Positions 58,295 to 63,334 of a DNA stretch of 63,334 nucleotides are shown here, piece by piece (positions within the stretch are counted from its first letter, which is position 1; every line of letters begins with the position of its first letter). The position numbers were made by a program, and so were the translations under genes. The notes below the pieces were generated by a model. It was not told the origin of the DNA and did not search any database. It saw nothing but the letters and a program-made list of their open reading frames with translations. The stretch is from assembly GCA_001940895.1 (NCBI GenBank), contig MSGY01000006.1, forward strand, positions 131,179 through 194,512. Reading direction: 5' to 3'. This DNA is from Christensenellaceae bacterium Phil10. Lineage in GTDB: Bacteria; Bacillota; Clostridia; Christensenellales; CAG-917.

Positions 58295-58326
58295 AAAAAA
58301 AATCACCGACGAATCGGTGATTTTTT
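58295..58326. terminator. Bidirectional intrinsic terminator
   Basis: AAAAAATCACCGA-cgaa-TCGGTGATTTTTT. Confidence 0.85.
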
Positions 58327-58343
58327 AACTATTTAATTAATTG

Positions 58344-58832
58344 TCAGTTGCAAGCTTTGACGGCTTCTTTCGTGCCGAAATAGAAGGCTTTACCGGATAC
58401 GCCGAATTTGATGTTTTTCATATCTTCAAGCGATTCCTTATATTCTTCTTCGGTTATATTGCCGTTATCTTTTGCTTTCTTGAGTTCTTCCTTAGCGGCC
58501 TTCGTTTTTTCTTTGTAAACTTTGTTGAACGCTTTTGCGTCTGTAGTATTGTCAAAGTAATAGATGGTTACGCCGTTGTCACCGTTTGTGCCGGTAACCA
58601 CTGCGTCGCATTTGCCGGTAAGAGTAACGCCGAATGCGGTAGCGGCAAGCACGGCTGCTGCGTTTGCGGCGTTAGCAATACTTCCGTTTTCGACTACTGT
58701 GGCAACGTATCCGTTTTTCTCGAGATTTTCTTTGGCTTTCGAGAAGTCGGACGGTACGCACGCGGCAAGCACGGTTGTGAGAAGAGCAACTACAAGAATT
58801 ACGGCAATAATTTTGCCAACGTTCTTTTTCAT
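58344..58832 (-). CDS. Small lipoprotein
   Basis: Lipobox LAAC; ATG 58832 after GGAGG. Confidence 0.8.
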   Translation of the reverse strand: MKKNVGKIIAVILVVALLTTVLAACVPSDFSKAKENLEKNGYVATVVENGSIANAANAAAVLAATAFGVTLTGKCDAVVTGTNGDNGVTIYYFDNTTDAKAFNKVYKEKTKAAKEELKKAKDNGNITEEEYKESLEDMKNIKFGVSGKAFYFGTKEAVKACN

Positions 58833-58995
58833 AACAAATAATCCTCCATAATTTTCAGATACAGACATTATATTACGGATATTTACAACTGTCAACAAAA
58901 ATTGTCTTTCGGATAAGAATAGTTTTTTGCCGAATTTTCTTTATTTAGCAACGGAAAGTGATATAATATCTTACGGTAAACGGAAGGAGAATGAT

Positions 58996-59691
58996 ATGAT
59001 TATTCACGGATTGAACAAACTGACGCTGCTGGATTTCCCGGGACTTACCGCATGCACCGTATTTACGGGGGGATGTAACTTCAGATGCCCCTTCTGTCAT
59101 AACGGGAGCCTCGTGCTCGCGCCCGACGGACAACCTGTTATTCCCGAAGAGGAAGTATTCGGTTATCTTGAAAAAAGAAAGGGAATTCTGGAAGGCGTTT
59201 GCGTAACGGGCGGAGAACCCACGCTTAATGCGGACCTTATCGATTTTCTGAAAAAGGTCAAAGCGATGGGTTATAAGACGAAACTCGATACAAACGGCAC
59301 CAATCCCGATATGCTTATCCGCGCGGTGGAGGAAAAAGCCGTCGATTACGTCGCCATGGACATTAAAAACAGCCGCGAAAAATACGGATTATCCGTCGGA
59401 ATTAAAAACTACGACACCTCTAAAATCGAAAAGAGCGTAAGTTTTTTGCTTGAAGACCGCGTCGATTACGAATTCCGCACCACGGTCGTGAAAGAATTTA
59501 ACGACGAGGAATCTTTCAAAGGCATAGCGGAGTGGATAAAAGGCGCGAAAAAATATTTTTTGCAGGCGTTTAAAGACAGCGGCGACCTGATAGACGAATC
59601 CGTACACGGGCTTTCACGCGACGAAATGCTTGCTTTATTGCCCGTTTTCGATAAAAAAGTAGGAAAAGTCGAAATCAGGGGAATGGACTGA
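58996..59691 (+). CDS. nrdG: Anaerobic ribonucleotide reductase activase (radical SAM)
   Basis: LLDFPG, GCNFRCPFCHN, VTGGEPT, KLDTNG, YEFRTT. Confidence 0.95.
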   Translation: MIIHGLNKLTLLDFPGLTACTVFTGGCNFRCPFCHNGSLVLAPDGQPVIPEEEVFGYLEKRKGILEGVCVTGGEPTLNADLIDFLKKVKAMGYKTKLDTNGTNPDMLIRAVEEKAVDYVAMDIKNSREKYGLSVGIKNYDTSKIEKSVSFLLEDRVDYEFRTTVVKEFNDEESFKGIAEWIKGAKKYFLQAFKDSGDLIDESVHGLSRDEMLALLPVFDKKVGKVEIRGMD

Positions 59692-59693
59692 TA

Positions 59694-59741
59694 CCACAAT
59701 ATCTTGTGGTCTGTTTTGAATTTTTTATCAATATATTGTAA
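59694..59741. promoter_or_regulatory. Tandem NrdR boxes
   Basis: CCACAATATCTTGTGG (59694-59709) and TATCAATATATTGTAA (59726-59741), 32 bp apart, immediately upstream of the nrdD promoter. Confidence 0.85.
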
Positions 59742-59747
59742 AATCGA

Positions 59748-59777
59748 TTGACAGCCTCAATATGCGCGTGATATACT
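59748..59777 (+). promoter_or_regulatory. Sigma-A promoter of nrdD-trxB
   Basis: TTGACA-N18-TATACT with extended TG. Confidence 0.75.
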
Positions 59778-59889
59778 GCATTATGCTGTGAAAATTCGGC
59801 TGTTCACGGAAAACAAAACGGAAAATGCCCTGCCCGAACGGGGCGATTTTATTGCAAAAAACAAAAGAATATATAAGGAAACGAGGAAA

Positions 59890-62277
59890 ATGTATCAGGT
59901 AATTAAAAGAGACGGCGCCATTGCCGATTTTGATTTGAAAAAAGTGTCGGTTGCCATTACGAAGGCTTTCGACGCCACTAACAAACAATACGTTCCCGCA
60001 ATCATCGAACTGTTGTCGCTTCGCGTAACGGCGGACTTCGAGGATAAAATCGAAAACAATCTCGTCCACGTCGAAGATATTCAGGACAGCGTCGAGCACG
60101 TCCTCGAGCAATCGGGCTACACCGACGTTGCGAAAGCCTACATTCTTTACAGAAAGCAGCGCGAAAAGATGCGCAACATGAAGTCGACGATTCTCGATTA
60201 TAAAGAGGTCGTAAACAATTACGTAAAACTTGAAGACTGGCGCGTTAAAGAAAATTCGACGGTTACTTATTCGGTGGGCGGACTTATTTTAAGCAACAGC
60301 GGCGCAATTACCGCAAACTACTGGCTGTCGGAAATATACGACGAGGAAATCGCACGCGCACACAAAAACGCCGATATTCACATTCACGATTTGTCGATGC
60401 TTACGGGCTACTGCGCAGGCTGGTCTCTGAAACAGCTCATTCAGGAAGGTCTTGGCGGAATACGCGGAAAAATCACCTCAAGTCCCGCGTCGCACCTTTC
60501 CACTCTTTGCAATCAGATGGTCAACTTCCTCGGAATTATGCAAAACGAATGGGCGGGCGCGCAGGCCTTCTCGTCTTTCGATACCTATCTCGCTCCTTTT
60601 GTCAAAATAGATAATCTTTCATATAAGGAAGTAAAACAGTGCATACAGTCGTTCATTTACGGCGTAAATACCCCGAGCCGCTGGGGCACTCAGGCGCCGT
60701 TTACGAACATAACGCTCGACTGGACCGTTCCCAACGACCTTGCCGAACTCAACGCAATCGTAGGCGGCAAGGAATGCGACTTTAAATATAAGGATTGCAA
60801 AAAGGAAATGGATATGGTCAATAAGGCCTTTATCGAGATTATGATAGAGGGCGACGCAAACGGCCGCGGATTCCAGTATCCCATTCCCACGTATTCCATC
60901 ACCCGCGATTTCGACTGGTCGGAAACCGAAAACAACAAACTTCTTTTCGAAATGACCGCAAAGTACGGCACCCCGTATTTTTCGAACTATATCAACAGCG
61001 ATATGGAACCCAGCGACGTCCGCAGTATGTGCTGCCGTCTGCGTCTCGACCTGCGCGAACTCCGCAAAAAATCGGGCGGCTTCTTCGGAAGCGGCGAAAG
61101 CACGGGCTCTATCGGCGTAGTTACCGTAAACCTTCCCCGAATAGCCTATCTTGCGACGGACAAAGAGGACTTCTACCGTCGTCTCGACAAGATTATGGAT
61201 ATCTCGGCGCGCAGTCTTAAAGTAAAACGCGACGTTATTACGAAACTTCTCGACGAGGGACTGTATCCTTATACGAAACGTTACCTCGGTACGTTCAACA
61301 ACCACTTCTCGACAATAGGACTCGTGGGAATGAACGAGGCCGGCCTCAACGCAAAATGGTTGAAAAAAGACCTGACTAACGTCGAAACGCAGGAATTCGC
61401 AAAAGAAGTTCTCAATCATATGAGAGAAAGACTTTCCGATTATCAGGAAAAATACGGCGACCTGTATAACCTCGAAGCGACCCCTGCCGAATCTACTTCT
61501 TACCGCCTTGCAAAACACGATAAGGAGCAGTTCCCCGATATCATAACGGCGTCCGAAAACGACAATATTCCGTATTACACCAACAGCTCGCATCTCCCTG
61601 TCGGATATACGGCGGATATTTTCTCGGCGCTCGACGTTCAGGACGAATTGCAGACCCTTTATACTTCGGGTACGGTATTCCACGCCTTCCTCGGCGAAAA
61701 ACTGCCCGACTGGAAATCCACCGCAAAACTCGTGCGTACAATAGCCGAGAATTATAAACTGCCTTATTACACCATCTCGCCTACCTACAGCATCTGCAAG
61801 GAGCACGGCTATATCACGGGCGAACACTTCAAATGTCCTAAATGCGGCCAGCCCGCCGAGGTTTACAGCCGTATCACCGGATATTACCGCCCCGTTCAGA
61901 ACTGGAACGACGGTAAATTGCAGGAATTCTCGCAAAGGAAAACCTACGATATCGCAAACTCCGTCTACCACGGACAAAATCAGAACATTGTGGCGGCAGA
62001 GGCCTGCCCGTGCGACAAGGAAGAAGCTCCGAAGGCGCAGAATAACGGCGAAATATTGCTCTTTACCACCAAAACCTGCCCCAACTGCAAAATGGCAAAA
62101 ATGATGCTTGATAAGGCCGGTATTAAATATACCGTCATCGACGCCGAGGACCAGAAGGACCTGACTATGAAATACGGCGTCAAAAAAGCCCCCACTATGC
62201 TCGTTGATAACGGACAGGGTTACGACCGCTACGAAAACGCGAGTTTCATCAAGAAATTCGTCGAAAACGCAAAATAA
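59890..62277 (+). CDS. nrdD: Class III ribonucleoside-triphosphate reductase with ATP cone and fused C-terminal glutaredoxin-like domain
   Basis: VIKRDG ATP cone, GYCAG, SMCCRL, LEATPAE, C..H..C..C Zn site, SRITGYY glycyl motif, TCPNC redoxin domain. Confidence 0.96.
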   Translation: MYQVIKRDGAIADFDLKKVSVAITKAFDATNKQYVPAIIELLSLRVTADFEDKIENNLVHVEDIQDSVEHVLEQSGYTDVAKAYILYRKQREKMRNMKSTILDYKEVVNNYVKLEDWRVKENSTVTYSVGGLILSNSGAITANYWLSEIYDEEIARAHKNADIHIHDLSMLTGYCAGWSLKQLIQEGLGGIRGKITSSPASHLSTLCNQMVNFLGIMQNEWAGAQAFSSFDTYLAPFVKIDNLSYKEVKQCIQSFIYGVNTPSRWGTQAPFTNITLDWTVPNDLAELNAIVGGKECDFKYKDCKKEMDMVNKAFIEIMIEGDANGRGFQYPIPTYSITRDFDWSETENNKLLFEMTAKYGTPYFSNYINSDMEPSDVRSMCCRLRLDLRELRKKSGGFFGSGESTGSIGVVTVNLPRIAYLATDKEDFYRRLDKIMDISARSLKVKRDVITKLLDEGLYPYTKRYLGTFNNHFSTIGLVGMNEAGLNAKWLKKDLTNVETQEFAKEVLNHMRERLSDYQEKYGDLYNLEATPAESTSYRLAKHDKEQFPDIITASENDNIPYYTNSSHLPVGYTADIFSALDVQDELQTLYTSGTVFHAFLGEKLPDWKSTAKLVRTIAENYKLPYYTISPTYSICKEHGYITGEHFKCPKCGQPAEVYSRITGYYRPVQNWNDGKLQEFSQRKTYDIANSVYHGQNQNIVAAEACPCDKEEAPKAQNNGEILLFTTKTCPNCKMAKMMLDKAGIKYTVIDAEDQKDLTMKYGVKKAPTMLVDNGQGYDRYENASFIKKFVENAK

Positions 62278-62278
62278 T

Positions 62279-63187
62279 ATGATTTACGATATGATTGTTA
62301 TCGGCGCGGGGACGGCAGGAATGACTGCCGCCCTCAACGCTTTAAGAAACGGCAAAACGGTTCTCGTGCTCGAAAAGGAAACCGTCGGAGGACAAATTTC
62401 TTTTTCGCCGCGCGTTGAAAACTTCCCCACGATTATGGCTATATCGGGCGCAGAACTTTCGGACAGACTTTTCGAACAGATTATGAGTCACGGCGCCGAT
62501 TTCGAACTTGAAAAGGTTACCGGCGTCGAAAAAAACGGCGACATATTTACCGTTACCACCGAATACGGCGCTCACGAGGGCAGAACGGTGATTATCGCAA
62601 CGGGCGCAAGCCCCAGAAGAATAGGAGTCGAGGGCGAGAACGAACTCGTCGGACACGGCGTTTCCTATTGCGCGCTGTGCGACGGCGCCTTTTATAAGGA
62701 CGAAGAAGTCGCGTTGATAGGCGACGCTAACACCGCGCTTCAGTATGCGTTGTTCCTTACGGGATATTGCAAAAAAGTGCACGTCTGTACGCTGTTCGAC
62801 AGGTTCTTCGCCGATAAAGCGCACGTCGATAATCTTATGACGAAAGACAACGTCGCGGTTTATCACAATCTTTCGCTCCGGGAGTTTTTAAGCGAGAACG
62901 GCGAACTTACCGGGCTTGTCTTTGAAAATACGACGGATAAATCCGAATTCCGGCTTCCCGTAAAGGCGGTGTTCATTGCGATAGGGCAGGTGCCCGATAA
63001 CAAGGCGTTTGCAAATCTGTGCGATATCGATAAAAACGGCTACGTTATCGCCGGAGACGACGGAAAAACCCGCACGGACGGTCTGTTCGTTGCGGGGGAT
63101 TGCAGGACGAAATCCGTGCGGCAACTCGCAACCGCGGCGGCGGACGGCGCAATCGCCGCAACCAACGCTTCGCTTTACCTTAAATGA
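62279..63187 (+). CDS. trxB: Thioredoxin reductase-like flavoprotein
   Basis: GAGTAG, GGQI, ATGA, VSYCALCDG, FVAGD, RQLATA; NADPH motifs atypical. Confidence 0.85.
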   Translation: MIYDMIVIGAGTAGMTAALNALRNGKTVLVLEKETVGGQISFSPRVENFPTIMAISGAELSDRLFEQIMSHGADFELEKVTGVEKNGDIFTVTTEYGAHEGRTVIIATGASPRRIGVEGENELVGHGVSYCALCDGAFYKDEEVALIGDANTALQYALFLTGYCKKVHVCTLFDRFFADKAHVDNLMTKDNVAVYHNLSLREFLSENGELTGLVFENTTDKSEFRLPVKAVFIAIGQVPDNKAFANLCDIDKNGYVIAGDDGKTRTDGLFVAGDCRTKSVRQLATAAADGAIAATNASLYLK

Positions 63188-63231
63188 AATATGCCGCGCG
63201 ACAGGATTATCCTGCTTGCGCGGCTTTTCTC

Positions 63232-63260
63232 TTGACAAACGCCCGACAAAAGGCTAAAAT
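63232..63260 (+). promoter_or_regulatory. Sigma-A promoter of the tRNA gene
   Basis: TTGACA-N17-TAAAAT. Confidence 0.75.
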
Positions 63261-63285
63261 TTTTTCAGTATAAAAGATTAAAAGC

Positions 63286-63334
63286 GCTTCCTTAGTTAAA
63301 TGGATATAATAAGCCCCTCCTAAGGAGTAAGTCT
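63286..63334 (+). tRNA. tRNA-Arg(CCT), 3' part beyond the window
   Basis: GCTTCCT-TA-GTTAAATGGATATAAT D-arm with A20, anticodon loop CT-CCT-AA. Confidence 0.8.

Noticed and set aside
59811-59825. TGTTCACGGAAAACA resembling parS
   Set aside because: One base short and mismatched versus TGTTTCACGTGAAACA; lies in the nrdD leader
63286-63334. Possible AGG codon reassignment suggested by the odd tRNA(CCT)
   Set aside because: A20 Arg identity element is present, and AGG encodes a conserved Arg in the FtsH motif RVRDLF
1-63334. Mobile elements, prophage, CRISPR, defence systems
   Set aside because: I recognised no transposase, integrase, phage, cas or repeat-spacer signature anywhere in the window

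Overview
63.3-kb chromosomal window from a spore-forming Clostridia-class bacterium (inferred from gene content; probably an uncultured gut lineage). It starts in the origin-proximal rnpA-yidD-yidC-jag-mnmE-mnmG block and ends in a truncated tRNA-Arg(CCT). I saw no mobile element, prophage or CRISPR array. Housekeeping genes include ftsH, hup, acpP, T-box-controlled cysE-cysS, type III glutamine synthetase, greA-lysS, the decarboxylase-tmk-holB-yaaT operon, a ferredoxin and nrdG-nrdD-trxB. They are interleaved with large lineage-specific surface proteins. The strongest candidate for an undescribed system is at about 29.9-41.2 kb, where two convergent operons sit. Operon A is SCP2-like protein, FumI-like class III aminotransferase, split transketolase with an altered substrate pocket, and a second SCP2-like protein. 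Operon B is TetR, class III aminotransferase, pseudo-aldolase and FucA-like aldolase. A divergent HSL-family hydrolase lies next to operon A. The chemistry would fit an S1P-lyase-independent route for degrading sphingoid bases (sphinganine/phytosphingosine) to fatty aldehydes; this is my inference and is untested. Other highlights: an ECF sigma/RsgI-like anti-sigma module with a repeated candidate promoter (AATAAAA-N11-GTTGTTTACT), a class III RNR fused to a glutaredoxin domain next to a thioredoxin reductase lacking NADPH motifs, a pseudo-peptidase coupled to glutamine synthetase, and two apparently leaderless transcripts. Family calls come from motif recognition by eye; no searches were run.
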